Assembly (NCBI GenBank): GCA_013177805.1
Contig: JABLXU010000004.1
Span: 34,447-98,446, forward strand
Direction of reading: 5' to 3'
Length of the DNA stretch: 64,000 nt
Source of the DNA: Candidatus Omnitrophota bacterium
GTDB taxonomy: Bacteria > Hinthialibacterota > Hinthialibacteria > Hinthialibacterales > Hinthialibacteraceae
Shown here: positions 45,914 to 55,986 of the stretch, in pieces
Layout: each line of letters opens with the position of its first letter
Position numbering within the stretch: position 1 is the stretch's first letter
The notes under the pieces: generated by a model
Told to the model about the DNA's origin: nothing
Databases searched by the model: none
The model's input: the letters and a program-made list of their open reading frames with translations, nothing else
Made by a program: the position numbers and the translations under genes

Positions 45914-48223
45914 TCAGTAATACCTTCCCATGATCCGCTGTAACAAGGCCAAATGCCGGTCGGTGCGGGTGATCAGCACCCATCCCGCCAGAAGCAAGAA
46001 TAGGAACGCGGTACCAACCGAGAGGCCCCACCCCAGCCACGGCGCGCGGTAAACCATGCGCACCCGGGACACTCCTTCCGGCAGCCGCAGCACCCGCAAG
46101 CCTTCCGGCGAAGGTTCCATCATCACGGGAATCCATTGCCCGCTTTTGAGCGCCTCTGCCTTCCATCCCGGGTAATGCCATTCCGCCACGCGCAACACCG
46201 CCGGATTTTCCCAGGAGAGGGCCCATACGATCTCATGAGGGCTGTACTGCTGGATTTCAATCTGGGAATCCACGGGTGTCCAGGTTATTTCCGAAGGCGC
46301 GATATCGCTTGCCGCCCGGATAGACGCCCATGCCCGCTTTTCGCTGGTCCGTTCATAGACCTGAAAATCAGGCCCCGCGAAGGCTTGCCGTAAACCAGGT
46401 CCGGTCAAGGATTGCAATGTCAGGATATACCGCACGTTCAGCAAATCCAACGCGGGACCGTCGGTTTTGCGCAATGGAATGTTGTCGTGAAACGCGTCTT
46501 CCTTCCATCCCTCCGTGGCGCCGATAAGCCGGTTGTAAGACCGCAGGCTCATGGGATCGTATCCTGCCAGGTTGGATATTTTCCAGAGTATGAACAGGTT
46601 GGGATAACCGATTTCCGCCAAGGTGGCCACCCGTTCCGGCCGGCCCTCCATTTGAGAACGAATAAATCCGATTTCTTGAGGCGGGGCGATGCTCTTGCGG
46701 ATCGCGTCGGGCCGCCGCAGGGATGCCAATAGGTAAGGCCGGCTGTAAGGGATCAAGTCCACTGCCAACACCAACGCCAACGACAGCGATATAGCAATCC
46801 GGGGATAACGGGGTATCCGGCGGGCCAGCAAAAAGGCTGCCAGTCCAGCCACCGCGATCAATCCCGCCCGGGCGATCGCGTACGAGCGGATTGCCTCCGG
46901 ATTGTGGGCGCCGTCCGTCTGGTGCATGAGTTCTGTTAGCCGCTCCAACGCGGGGACTCCATAAAATACAAGCAACGCCGCCAGAACGGCCAGGCTGATG
47001 CCATAGAAAAACGGGGGAGAGGATTCTTTCTGGGCCTGTTGCGCTTCATAAGTCCGCTCACTGATCCATTCCACCGCCAGCGCCGCCAAGGTGCAAACAG
47101 GAACCAGATAATAGGGTAAAAACTTAGCTGGGGCGCGGAAATGGCCAAATCCCGGGAGATGGAACAACACCGTATACACCGGATTGCCCCGCCCCCACGC
47201 CAGCAGCAGCCCCAGCCCCCCCACGATCATCAGCGGAATTACCACCGGAAAGCGTTTCCGCGCCGCGAAAGCGCAAACCGCCAACACCGGCACGATCACT
47301 CCCGCGTAGGCGCACGACCAATACACGAAACTATCGTAATGGTTCCCGGCGATGAAGGTTCCGTAATATTCGGGACAGAACAACGTGACCAACCGGTGGG
47401 GCGCGAACGAAAACTCGGTGGCCATCGCCAAGTCCAGACTCGCGGCCCGGTTCGCTTCCCGCAAGTACTCCAGAGTGGGTACCAATTGCATACCCGCCAA
47501 GGCCAATCCCAGCAGGGTGAATATTGTCCACGCGCCCGTCCGCAGGACCGGGACTGCCGGATTGGGCTGTTCCCGGCCGCGTTCCACGAAAATCCCCAGA
47601 ATCAGGCAAAACAAAAACGCGAACACCAGCGAATAGAACATCATTTGCGGGTGCCCGCATAAAAAATGCAGCGTCACAATTCCTGCCGTGGCCAGCGCCC
47701 AAGGCAGCCGGCTTCCCTGGGTGAACACGAAGCCGGCCGCCGCCCAGAACATCCACGGGGCCCAAGCCGCCCCCGCGTAGGTCAGATGATTGCCCGCAGG
47801 AATGTGGATCATGGTGAAGCCGTTCAAACTGTAAGCGATAGCCGCGATCGCGGCCGGAAATGAACTGGCTCCGCCAATCCGCGCCAGCCGATACGCCCCC
47901 AGCGCCGCCACAGACAAATGCAGAAGCAAGGACAATCCGAAAAACCATTCTGGGGGAAACACAAACAGGGCCCAATCCAACGGGTAGAACACCGCCGATT
48001 GCATGTTGGCCAGAAACGGTGCGCCCCCATAGGCGTAGGGATTCCAGTAGGGGATCTCGCCGGACGCGAGCATGTCCCGCGTGAATACTTTCCAGGGATA
48101 GAACTGCACGGGGATGTCGCCCCGGAACGGCGACGCGTGCTCCAGCAGGATTTCCCGTCCGAACAGCAGTATCACCGCCCCGGCCAGCGCGGCGGCGAGG
48201 AGGTCCTTACGCATGGTTTTCAT
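45914..48223 (-). CDS. YfhO-family polytopic membrane protein (putative glycosyltransferase)
   Basis: The block VQFYPWKVFTRDMLASGEIPYWNPYAYGGAPFLANMQSAVFYPLDW is typical of YfhO. It has many TM helices and a C-terminal TM. Confidence 0.8.
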   Translation of the reverse strand: MKTMRKDLLAAALAGAVILLFGREILLEHASPFRGDIPVQFYPWKVFTRDMLASGEIPYWNPYAYGGAPFLANMQSAVFYPLDWALFVFPPEWFFGLSLLLHLSVAALGAYRLARIGGASSFPAAIAAIAYSLNGFTMIHIPAGNHLTYAGAAWAPWMFWAAAGFVFTQGSRLPWALATAGIVTLHFLCGHPQMMFYSLVFAFLFCLILGIFVERGREQPNPAVPVLRTGAWTIFTLLGLALAGMQLVPTLEYLREANRAASLDLAMATEFSFAPHRLVTLFCPEYYGTFIAGNHYDSFVYWSCAYAGVIVPVLAVCAFAARKRFPVVIPLMIVGGLGLLLAWGRGNPVYTVLFHLPGFGHFRAPAKFLPYYLVPVCTLAALAVEWISERTYEAQQAQKESSPPFFYGISLAVLAALLVFYGVPALERLTELMHQTDGAHNPEAIRSYAIARAGLIAVAGLAAFLLARRIPRYPRIAISLSLALVLAVDLIPYSRPYLLASLRRPDAIRKSIAPPQEIGFIRSQMEGRPERVATLAEIGYPNLFILWKISNLAGYDPMSLRSYNRLIGATEGWKEDAFHDNIPLRKTDGPALDLLNVRYILTLQSLTGPGLRQAFAGPDFQVYERTSEKRAWASIRAASDIAPSEITWTPVDSQIEIQQYSPHEIVWALSWENPAVLRVAEWHYPGWKAEALKSGQWIPVMMEPSPEGLRVLRLPEGVSRVRMVYRAPWLGWGLSVGTAFLFLLLAGWVLITRTDRHLALLQRIMGRYY

Positions 48224-48494
48224 CCTGGATTATGTTGCAGCTGCGCGCTTTGGCGGACCGTCTTTCCAATTTGGTGCAGAAATTCGGGGGCGAAATCGGC
48301 GCCGTTGGGCCATTCAATGGTTTGAGTATCGGGATTGATGGCCACTTGCCGAAAGAGATCGATTTTTTGCAGTGGTTCAAATACTTCACCGTGGATTTCG
48401 TTTGGCAAATCCACCTCTTTCACGGCGCCATCGTTGAAGTGCAATTCGAGGCGATACCCCCCCTATAGGTCCCATCGACAATGTGAAGAGACAT
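48220..48494 (-). pseudogene. DUF2442-like small gene, frameshifted at a C7/G7 homopolymer
   Basis: ATG 48494 has a GGGGGA SD 8 nt upstream and reads MSLHIVDGTYRGG, then goes out of frame at C7 (48457-48463). One extra base gives ...TYRGGYRLELHFNDGAVKEVDL...IEWPNGADFAPEFL, a DUF2442-like pattern. The stop overlaps the YfhO start as ATGA. Confidence 0.6.
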
Positions 48495-48570
48495 GATGCT
48501 TTTCCCCCTCTGTGCGGGGAATCACCGTTTGCATCCGGCAACGGGTGCAGGAGTTGTGGTTGACACCCCC

Positions 48571-49572
48571 TCAGATCTCCTTGCTGCCCGGTTGCGGTTT
48601 GGCGATCGACTGCCGCATCTCTGTGTCGGCCATGATGTTCTTCATCGTGTAATAATCCATCACTCCCAGCCGGCCGGCGCGGAACGCCTCGGCGATCGCC
48701 AGGGGCACCTGGGCTTCGGCTTCCACCACACGGGCGCGCATCTCCTCCACCCGCGCGCGCATCTCCTGCTCCAGGGCGATGGCCATGGCCTTGCGCTCTT
48801 CCGCCTTGGCCTGGGCGATCTGCTTGTCCGCGTTGGCCTGGTCGATCTGCAACTTGGCGCCGATGTTCTCGCCTACGTCCACGTCTGCCACATCGATGGA
48901 CAGAATTTCGAATCCGGTTCCCGAATCCAATCCTTTTTCCAACACCGTCTTCGAGATCAAATCGGGATTTTCCAGAACCTTCTTATGCGACGTAGATGAA
49001 CCGATGGTGGTGACGATCCCTTCGCCTACCCGCGCGATAATGGTTTCTTCCGTCGCTCCGCCCACCAACCGGTCGAGATTGGCCTTTACGGTCACTTTGG
49101 CCTTGGCCCGCAACTGGATGCCGTCCATAGCCACCGCCGCCACCGTGTCCGATCCCTTGTTGGGATCCGGCGCGTCGATGACCTTGGGCCGCACCGACAT
49201 CTGCACCGCCTCGAACACATCCCGGCCCGCCAGGTCGATAGCCGCCGCCCGTTCGAAGGTGAGGGGAATGTTCGCCTTGTCGGCCGAAATCAGAGCCTGC
49301 ACCACCTGGAACACATTGCCACCGGCCAGGTAGTGCGCTTCCAGTTCATTGGTGGTTAACGACAATCCGGCCTTGGTCGCGTTGATCAAGGGATTGACAA
49401 TCACGCTCGGGGGAACCCGGCGCAGCCGCATGCCAATCAGCGAGGGGAGGGACACATGCACTCCCGCCGTCAATGCCGCGATCCACAGCCGGACCGGGAT
49501 GAAATACACGAACACAAAGACGATGAGGAACAGCAGAATCAGTATGACAAACGCCAAGTAATCGCCACCCAT
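48571..49572 (-). CDS. floA: Flotillin-like protein FloA (SPFH, UPF0365)
   Basis: The N-terminal TM is followed by [28 protein letters not shown]...[12 protein letters not shown], characteristic of FloA/YqfA. Confidence 0.9.
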   Translation of the reverse strand: MGGDYLAFVILILLFLIVFVFVYFIPVRLWIAALTAGVHVSLPSLIGMRLRRVPPSVIVNPLINATKAGLSLTTNELEAHYLAGGNVFQVVQALISADKANIPLTFERAAAIDLAGRDVFEAVQMSVRPKVIDAPDPNKGSDTVAAVAMDGIQLRAKAKVTVKANLDRLVGGATEETIIARVGEGIVTTIGSSTSHKKVLENPDLISKTVLEKGLDSGTGFEILSIDVADVDVGENIGAKLQIDQANADKQIAQAKAEERKAMAIALEQEMRARVEEMRARVVEAEAQVPLAIAEAFRAGRLGVMDYYTMKNIMADTEMRQSIAKPQPGSKEI

Positions 49573-49648
49573 GATAGTCTCCTTTTAGGCTGATTCGTAT
49601 ATCGATGGCAAATATTTCCACCTTCCACCAGTTCTCGGCCCTCCAACC

Positions 49649-49736
49649 GGAAGAAGGCCGCAATTCGAAATCTGTCCCAGTTTACCACAAAAGACCAAAG
49701 ATTCCACGACACACAGTCAAAGCCCGGCCTTCTTCC
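49649..49736. repeat. Perfect 12-bp inverted repeat enclosing 64 nt (operon-internal RNA structure candidate)
   Basis: GGAAGAAGGCCG (49649-49660) pairs with CGGCCTTCTTCC (49725-49736). It sits in the nfeD-floA spacer, and one arm abuts the nfeD stop. Confidence 0.6.
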
Positions 49737-49737
49737 C

Positions 49738-50241
49738 TTAAGCCCGCTCCACCACGATCCGGTTGCCATCCACGCGGATGACCCGGATCCGGGTTTGCGG
49801 CCGCAAGAATTCCCCTTCGGTCACCACATCGTAGCGGTTTTGCCCAATCATCGCGATGCCGGCGGGACGCAGTTCACTCTCCGCGATTCCCTCCATCCCC
49901 GTGAGATTCAAATTTTCGTACGCGTCCGTATGGAATCCTTTATCCTTATTCTCCGCGTGTTTCAAGATGAACGAACCGCCGATCCGGGTGTGAGGGAGAT
50001 ATTTGAAGCCCATCACCACCGCGCCCAGCGTGATGAAGCAGCACAACAGGAACATGGCGATGCCGGTATTGTAACCATACTCTTTGAAACAGAGATACAC
50101 GGCCAAGCCCATCAGGCAAACGCCCATGAAGCCGATCACCCCGCCGGGGACGAACAATTCCAGAAACACCAGCACCAGGCCCACAAACAAAAAGAGGAGG
50201 ATATAAAACAACATGATAGTTTTCTCTCCCTTGGCTTCCAC
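49738..50241 (-). CDS. NfeD-family protein (short form, C-terminal OB domain)
   Basis: Three or four TM helices are followed by a C-terminal beta-domain (GMEGIAESELRPAGIAMIGQNRYDVVTEGEFL...VIRVDGNRIVV). Confidence 0.8.
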   Translation of the reverse strand: MEAKGEKTIMLFYILLFLFVGLVLVFLELFVPGGVIGFMGVCLMGLAVYLCFKEYGYNTGIAMFLLCCFITLGAVVMGFKYLPHTRIGGSFILKHAENKDKGFHTDAYENLNLTGMEGIAESELRPAGIAMIGQNRYDVVTEGEFLRPQTRIRVIRVDGNRIVVERA

Positions 50242-50279
50242 TTTCAGAATTTACGTTCCCGCTGAATCGGTCCCTGCTG

Positions 50280-51710
50280 CTACTCCGGCTTAACCACCAC
50301 CCGCCGGCCTTCCACCTTCACCACCCGGACGGGGGTGTTGGGAGATATATACCCGCCCTCGCTGACCACGTCTACCCGCTGGCCTTCGATTTCCGCGATA
50401 CCCGCCGGCCGCAGCGTCGACCGGGCGATGCCCCGTTTCCCCGCCAGCCTTTCCAGGCTCGGCGGCGCGGATTGAAAACCCCGTTGCCGGTCTTCCTTGA
50501 AATGAAGAAACATCCAGCTGCCAAACTGCGTTTTCCCCGCAATGGGCAACACGAAGGGAATCGCCATAGCGATGGTCACCCCGGCTATCATGGTCATCAC
50601 GGTGATGAACAAGGCCCGGGTGAAATTGTCCCAACTGAAAGTCGGTAAAAAATGCGGACTATGCACCGGCTGATTCATCAGCGTGATGACGATCGAGGCA
50701 AACAGGCACAGCAATCCCAGGATGCCCGTAAAACCAAAGCCCGGAATCACGAACAGTTCCACGGCCACCAGCAACATGCCCAGGAGGAACAACAGCGGGC
50801 CTTCCCATCCTGCCAATCCCGCGATGGTGTGACCCCAAAAGAACAAAATCAGCGCGAGAATTCCCACCACACCCGGCAGGCCGAATCCCGGGGCTTGGAA
50901 TTCCAGGTAGATACCGATAAACGCGATGGTCAGCAATAAGCTGGAAACGATGGTGCTGGAAAAAAACCGCGCCAGCTGCTCGGAAAGGAACTCCGGGCGG
51001 AAGAGGATCTCCGCCCGGGTTAAATCCATTTGTTCCAAGGCCTCCTCCCGGCTGTTTGCCAGCCCGTTGATGAATTGGTATTGCAATGCCTCGCGCGCCG
51101 TGAGGGTCAATAGTTTCCCCTTCTCACTGATGAACCGGCCGGGATGGGCTGGATCCGGGATTTCCATGTCTTTGTCCACCATGGCTTGCGCCAATTGCGT
51201 TTTGAACTCGCTGTATCCCCGCGATTCGCAGATCCGCCGGACCTGGGCAAGCACATACGACAACGCCTTCGACTCCATGGTATCGTCTTCGCCGCCCCCC
51301 AGCATCACCGGCGCGGCGGTGCCGATGGTAGAGCTTTCACTCATATAGACCTTCTCCGCCGCGAGACTAATGATCGCTCCCGCCGACGTGGCCCCCCCTT
51401 TTACAAAGATGGCCACTGGTATCTTGGATTCCAGGATCAGATCCACAATGTCCAACGCCGCGTCCACCCGGCCTCCCGGCGTATTCATCTCCAGGAGGAT
51501 ATACGTGGCCCGCGCTTCCTCCGCTTCGTCGAAACCGCGGCGCAGGATGTTGTACAATCCCTTTTCCACTTCCCCTTCGAAGGGAATCACATAAACCACG
51601 GGACCCGCCGGCGATGGTGGGCCGGCCTTTTCCTCCAACGCGGTGAGGCTGGCCGGCGCGATCCACAACCCAGCCATGAGGATCAAGATCAAATACGGGT
51701 TCCAACGCAT
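50280..51710 (-). CDS. NfeD-family membrane-bound ClpP-class serine protease (YqeZ-like)
   Basis: The signal peptide is MRWNPYLILILMAGLWIAPA. The ClpP/SppA-like domain reads ILLEMNTPGGRVDAA...VKGGATSAGAIISLAA. A TM bundle follows. The C-terminal OB domain reads GIARSTLRPAGIAEIEGQRVDVVSEG. Confidence 0.85.
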   Translation of the reverse strand: MRWNPYLILILMAGLWIAPASLTALEEKAGPPSPAGPVVYVIPFEGEVEKGLYNILRRGFDEAEEARATYILLEMNTPGGRVDAALDIVDLILESKIPVAIFVKGGATSAGAIISLAAEKVYMSESSTIGTAAPVMLGGGEDDTMESKALSYVLAQVRRICESRGYSEFKTQLAQAMVDKDMEIPDPAHPGRFISEKGKLLTLTAREALQYQFINGLANSREEALEQMDLTRAEILFRPEFLSEQLARFFSSTIVSSLLLTIAFIGIYLEFQAPGFGLPGVVGILALILFFWGHTIAGLAGWEGPLLFLLGMLLVAVELFVIPGFGFTGILGLLCLFASIVITLMNQPVHSPHFLPTFSWDNFTRALFITVMTMIAGVTIAMAIPFVLPIAGKTQFGSWMFLHFKEDRQRGFQSAPPSLERLAGKRGIARSTLRPAGIAEIEGQRVDVVSEGGYISPNTPVRVVKVEGRRVVVKPE

Positions 51711-51948
51711 GGTCGCGAACAGCTCCTTTTCTGCTTGTACGGCTTTCCGGCCGCCACCTAACATTCTATTCCAGGGCAGCCCTGTGAAATAGGTGCCGAA
51801 GAAATTCCGTCAAGTATAGGGCCGTTTTCTCCCCTCCTCCGAATGCACCCGATCCGTTGTGCCAGGCCCCCTTCTCTTGTTCTAATCCGGCCTTTTCTTT
51901 ATTATGGTGCCGGTTCAGGGATGCCAGACTGCGCGGGAGGATTTGCTC

Positions 51949-54588
51949 ATGGAACTCGAACGGCGGGAAGTTTTGAAATTTCTGGCGGCCGCTCCTTTTG
52001 CCGGATTGCTCGGCTGGGACGCCGCTTCCATCAGCCTCGCCCGGAAAAAACGCGGCGAAAATGATCCCGATCCCACCTGGCGAGTATTCGAACCCCCCTT
52101 CCTTTCGGAAATTGCCTTTCCCCTGGGGGGAATCGGAACCGGCACGGTCTCCGTCGGAGGACGCGGCCAACTGCGCGATTGGGAAATCTGTAACCGCGCC
52201 CACAAGGGCCGCACACTCGACAATACTTTTTTCTGCCTTTGGTTCCGGGAAGACGCCCTCACTCCCAAGGCTTATGTGCTCGAATCCAAGTTGGAACCGC
52301 CTTACCCCGGTGGTTTCGGTTTAAACCGGGCGCAACTGCCCGGTATGCCCCGCTTTGACCATGCGCGTTTTCTCGGTTCCTACCCCTTCGCGCGTGTCGA
52401 ACTCTCGGATCCCCGTGTGCCTCTGCAGGTCGCCCTGGAATGCTTCAATCCCTTCATTCCGGGAAACGAACGCGATTCCGGCCTCCCCGTAGCCATTTTC
52501 TACTGGCAACTCAAGAACACGGGCCGCCAGCCTATGAGCCTGACAGTCATGGCTTCCCTGCAGAACATCGCGGGCATCGACTCCTTTGGCCAAAACTGGA
52601 ACGAGTACAAGGATGAAGGGACCTTCCGGGGACTCATGATGCGCACCCAAAAACATCCCGAGAACAGTCCCAAATTCGGCAATTTGGCCTTGGTCACCCC
52701 GCACGATGCCATCACCTTCACCACCGCTTGGGACCGGGGGGGATGGTTCGATGCTCAAAGTCTATTCTGGAATGATCTGCTGGATGACGGACAACTCACT
52801 CCCGCCACTACCACCGGTCCCAGTGCCGAAGGACAAACGGATACAGGTTCGCTCGGGGCGCTGCTCCGTCTCGAACCCGGGCAAAGCGCCACTGTGCCCT
52901 TTCTGATCTCTTGGTATTTTCCCAACCGTGAAAATTATTGGAATCAAGAAAAGGAAGTCCACGGCAAGATTGTTGGCAACTACTACGCCACGCAATTTGG
53001 TGATGCCTGGGATGTGGCCCGTTACACCCTCGCCAACCTGCGGCGGCTCGAACAGGAAACCCGGATTTTTCATGAAGCCCTCTATGCCAGCACCCTGCCC
53101 CCCGAAGTCCTTGACGCGGTCTCCAGCCAGGCGTCCATTATCCGGACCAATACGTGTTTCCGGACCTCCGACGGTAAGTTTTTCGGATTTGAAGGCAATA
53201 CCGACACCGGCGGCTGTTGCCCGCTCAATTGCACCCATGTGTACAACTACGAGCAAAGCCTGGCGTTTCTCTTCCCCGCGCTCGAACGCACCATGCGGGA
53301 GACCGATTTTCTCTACAACACGGACGAAACCGGCAAAATGGCCTTCCGTACTCTGATTCCCCTCGGGCTGGCCCGCTGGGGATTCCCCCACGCCGCCGCC
53401 GACGGCCAAATGGGCTGCATACTCAAACTGTACCGCGAGTGGCAACTGTCTGGCGATATCCTCTTTCTTCAAAAATTATGGCCCCACGCCAAGCGCGCTT
53501 TGGAATTCGCCTGGCGGGACTGGGATCCCGACAAAGACGGGGTGATGACCGGCCAGCAACACAATACGTATGATATCGAATTCTACGGCGCCAATCCCAT
53601 GATGGGCGCCATCTACCTGGCCGCCCTCCGCGCCGCCGAGGAAATGGCCCGCGCGCTGCAGGATTATGCCGCCGCCGAAGAATACCACCGGATTCATGAA
53701 AGCGGGCGCGCCAAACTGGATCAGCTCACCTGGAACGGCGAGTATTATATCCAGAACTACGACCAAACGATGACCCAAAAGTACCAACTGGGCGAAGGAT
53801 GCCTTTCCGACCAGCTGCTCGGCCAGTGGATGGCCCACGTGACCGGCTTGGGATACATTCTTCCCGAGGACCGCGTCAAAAGTGCCATCTCGGCCGTCTA
53901 TAAATACAACTTCCGCCCCACCCTCAGCGACCATTACAATCCCCAGCGCATTTTTGCCTTGGGCGACGAAGCAGGCCTCCTTCTATGCTCCTGGCCGCGC
54001 GGCAATCGCCCTCCGCTCCCCTTTGTTTATTCCGATGAAGTCTGGACCGGGATCGAATACCAAGTGGCCGCTCATTTGATCTACGAAGGCTTTGTGAACG
54101 AGGGATTGAGCATCGTGCGCGCCGTGCGCAACCGATACGACGGTCAACGCCGCAATCCCTGGAACGAAATCGAATGCGGACACCACTACGCCCGCGCTAT
54201 GGCTAGCTGGTCGGTATTGCTGGCGCTTAGCGGATTCCAATATTCCGCGCCTCAAAAAATGATCGCTTTCAACCCCCGGATCAATGAACGGGAGTTCATC
54301 GCCTTCTGGTCTGTTGACGGATGCTGGGGCGCTTACTCTCAACAGCTGCGTTCCCGCGACCTGAACGCCGAAATCCAAGTCTATTACGGGAAAACTTCGT
54401 TACAGAAATTCTCCCTCCCCGCTCCCTCCGGCGGCCGCAAGAAGGGATACATCGAGGCTGAAATCACCGCCGGGGCGAACGATTATTCCGTCGCCGCGCA
54501 GCGTGCCAATACCTTGGCCATTGTCACCCTCCCCGAAGCCATCAATCTGGCCGCTGGGGAGAGTATCCAACTTCGACTGCGCGTCTAA
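51949..54588 (+). CDS. GH116-family beta-glucosidase / glucosylceramidase (GBA2-like), Tat-signal
   Basis: The twin-arginine leader is MELERREVLKFLAAAPFAGLL. The blocks PLGGIGTGTVSVGGRGQLRDWEI and GGCCPLNCTHVYNYEQ are typical of GBA2/GH116. GGGAGG lies 8 nt upstream of ATG 51949. Confidence 0.85.
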   Translation: MELERREVLKFLAAAPFAGLLGWDAASISLARKKRGENDPDPTWRVFEPPFLSEIAFPLGGIGTGTVSVGGRGQLRDWEICNRAHKGRTLDNTFFCLWFREDALTPKAYVLESKLEPPYPGGFGLNRAQLPGMPRFDHARFLGSYPFARVELSDPRVPLQVALECFNPFIPGNERDSGLPVAIFYWQLKNTGRQPMSLTVMASLQNIAGIDSFGQNWNEYKDEGTFRGLMMRTQKHPENSPKFGNLALVTPHDAITFTTAWDRGGWFDAQSLFWNDLLDDGQLTPATTTGPSAEGQTDTGSLGALLRLEPGQSATVPFLISWYFPNRENYWNQEKEVHGKIVGNYYATQFGDAWDVARYTLANLRRLEQETRIFHEALYASTLPPEVLDAVSSQASIIRTNTCFRTSDGKFFGFEGNTDTGGCCPLNCTHVYNYEQSLAFLFPALERTMRETDFLYNTDETGKMAFRTLIPLGLARWGFPHAAADGQMGCILKLYREWQLSGDILFLQKLWPHAKRALEFAWRDWDPDKDGVMTGQQHNTYDIEFYGANPMMGAIYLAALRAAEEMARALQDYAAAEEYHRIHESGRAKLDQLTWNGEYYIQNYDQTMTQKYQLGEGCLSDQLLGQWMAHVTGLGYILPEDRVKSAISAVYKYNFRPTLSDHYNPQRIFALGDEAGLLLCSWPRGNRPPLPFVYSDEVWTGIEYQVAAHLIYEGFVNEGLSIVRAVRNRYDGQRRNPWNEIECGHHYARAMASWSVLLALSGFQYSAPQKMIAFNPRINEREFIAFWSVDGCWGAYSQQLRSRDLNAEIQVYYGKTSLQKFSLPAPSGGRKKGYIEAEITAGANDYSVAAQRANTLAIVTLPEAINLAAGESIQLRLRV

Positions 54589-55166
54589 CAGCCTCTTTCG
54601 TCTTCCGCGAATGCCCCGTACAAAGCCGTGACTTTCTGGATTTCGGATTCGATGAAATCCGATGAGTCAGAATTTTTGTCAAATTACGTCTCATTTGTAA
54701 TCAATCGGATCACTTACGGTTGGTGATTCGGTTACGGAAGGAGTCTTTGGACTACATTCTGGTATGTTTCCTGATTTTTTTCCGGCATATCCCTTGAAGG
54801 GAAAATCCCCTCCGCTTCCGTTTTCCGGATACGGCATAATTTACTGAAATATATGTACTTATTCACCGAAGGACATGTCTCCGGTGCGGGAGTATCCCAG
54901 TCCCCACTCCTGGATATTTCACCTGGATGAATCCTTGAGATAGCCGTTTCTCTGAGAGTTTATTGATTTGGCATTATCCTTGCGTGGTTATCATTCAGTC
55001 GGATTTCCGGTGAAAGGACAGAATGCGCTTCAACTTTTTACGGAAAATGGCCGATATAGAGAAAGGATGACACAAAAAAAATCCGGCTTCTCACCCATTG
55101 GGAAAACCGGTTATGAGACGAAACCTAAGACGAAATAAAGAAAGGTTCCACGCTGCACTTGTTGTT

Positions 55167-55191
55167 CCCTCCCCCCTGGGAGGGTTTTTTT
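55167..55191 (+). terminator. Strong hairpin + T7; orphan on + strand, abuts stop of - strand gene
   Basis: CCCTCCC (55167-55173) pairs with GGGAGGG (55178-55184), followed by T7 (55185-55191). The U-tract exists only for + strand transcripts. On the - strand the hairpin begins 9 nt after the 55193 stop, separated from it by the A7 run, with no T-tract after it. Confidence 0.55.
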
Positions 55192-55192
55192 A

Positions 55193-55771
55193 TCACCATA
55201 CCGCTTTTTTGTAACAATAATCGAATAACAATTCCCATTCGCGTTGCTGGATCTTCCGGCAGAGCTGTTCCGCCGGTGTTTCCACTTGGAGGCACTCCTC
55301 GCAAAAATCGATGAAATCGAATGGATTCCACTCATCCTGGTTTGCTATAAACGGCGGGCAAAAGCGGGATTCGCTGTCCGCCAGGGCTTTCGCTTCCCGG
55401 CACAAATCGGAGAACACCGGGTGATTACCCACCTTCCGGAACCAATATTTCGCGTTGGAATAATCGGGTTCCCGCCGATGCATGAGACCGTGCCAATAAC
55501 TTCCAGTGGCTGTAGGGATCGATTGACTGATCCGGTGGGACTGGTGGAGAAAATCATGGTAAAGCCATAGGCCCGCCAGGCAGGCCTGAGCCATAAGGGG
55601 ATCTAGAATCCGGAGGGAGAGAAAGAGATCCGTTACCTGTAGCGCGGCCAAGCGCTTTTCCATCTCCGGATCCGGATTGCCGGGGCCTAGTTCAATCAGG
55701 CGGTCTTTTTGCAGCAATGCGGAGACTACCGGACCGTACACATTGGGATCAAATGGGTTCCCCATGATCAC
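55193..55771 (-). CDS. Conserved-looking hypothetical protein
   Basis: 192 aa and Cys/His/Trp-rich (YWHGLMHRREPDYSNAKYWFRKVGNHPVF). No family was recognised. Confidence 0.6.
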   Translation of the reverse strand: MIMGNPFDPNVYGPVVSALLQKDRLIELGPGNPDPEMEKRLAALQVTDLFLSLRILDPLMAQACLAGLWLYHDFLHQSHRISQSIPTATGSYWHGLMHRREPDYSNAKYWFRKVGNHPVFSDLCREAKALADSESRFCPPFIANQDEWNPFDFIDFCEECLQVETPAEQLCRKIQQREWELLFDYCYKKAVW

Positions 55772-55986
55772 ACCCCCGGTACTCGATACTTACCGGCATC
55801 GTTCTCCAACCATCCCCTATTGTAGCAGGTTTTATCCCGCTTTTGACGCATGAATTCATGCTTTGTCAGTGGAGATGGCGTGCTGATTCGAAAACCAGCG
55901 CGGTTTCTCGACATCGCGCAGGCCAAGGTTCTTCGGCTCTTACAGTGGCCCGCGGGCAACCACATGTCCTGGAGCGGGCGCTCCGG

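Noticed and set aside
55113-55214. A 33-codon basic ORF (MRRNLRRNKERFHAALVV...) on the plus strand, ending past the orphan terminator.
   Set aside because: The SD is weak. The ORF runs through the terminator hairpin and into the 3' end of the opposite-strand gene. There is no family resemblance, so it is likely fortuitous.
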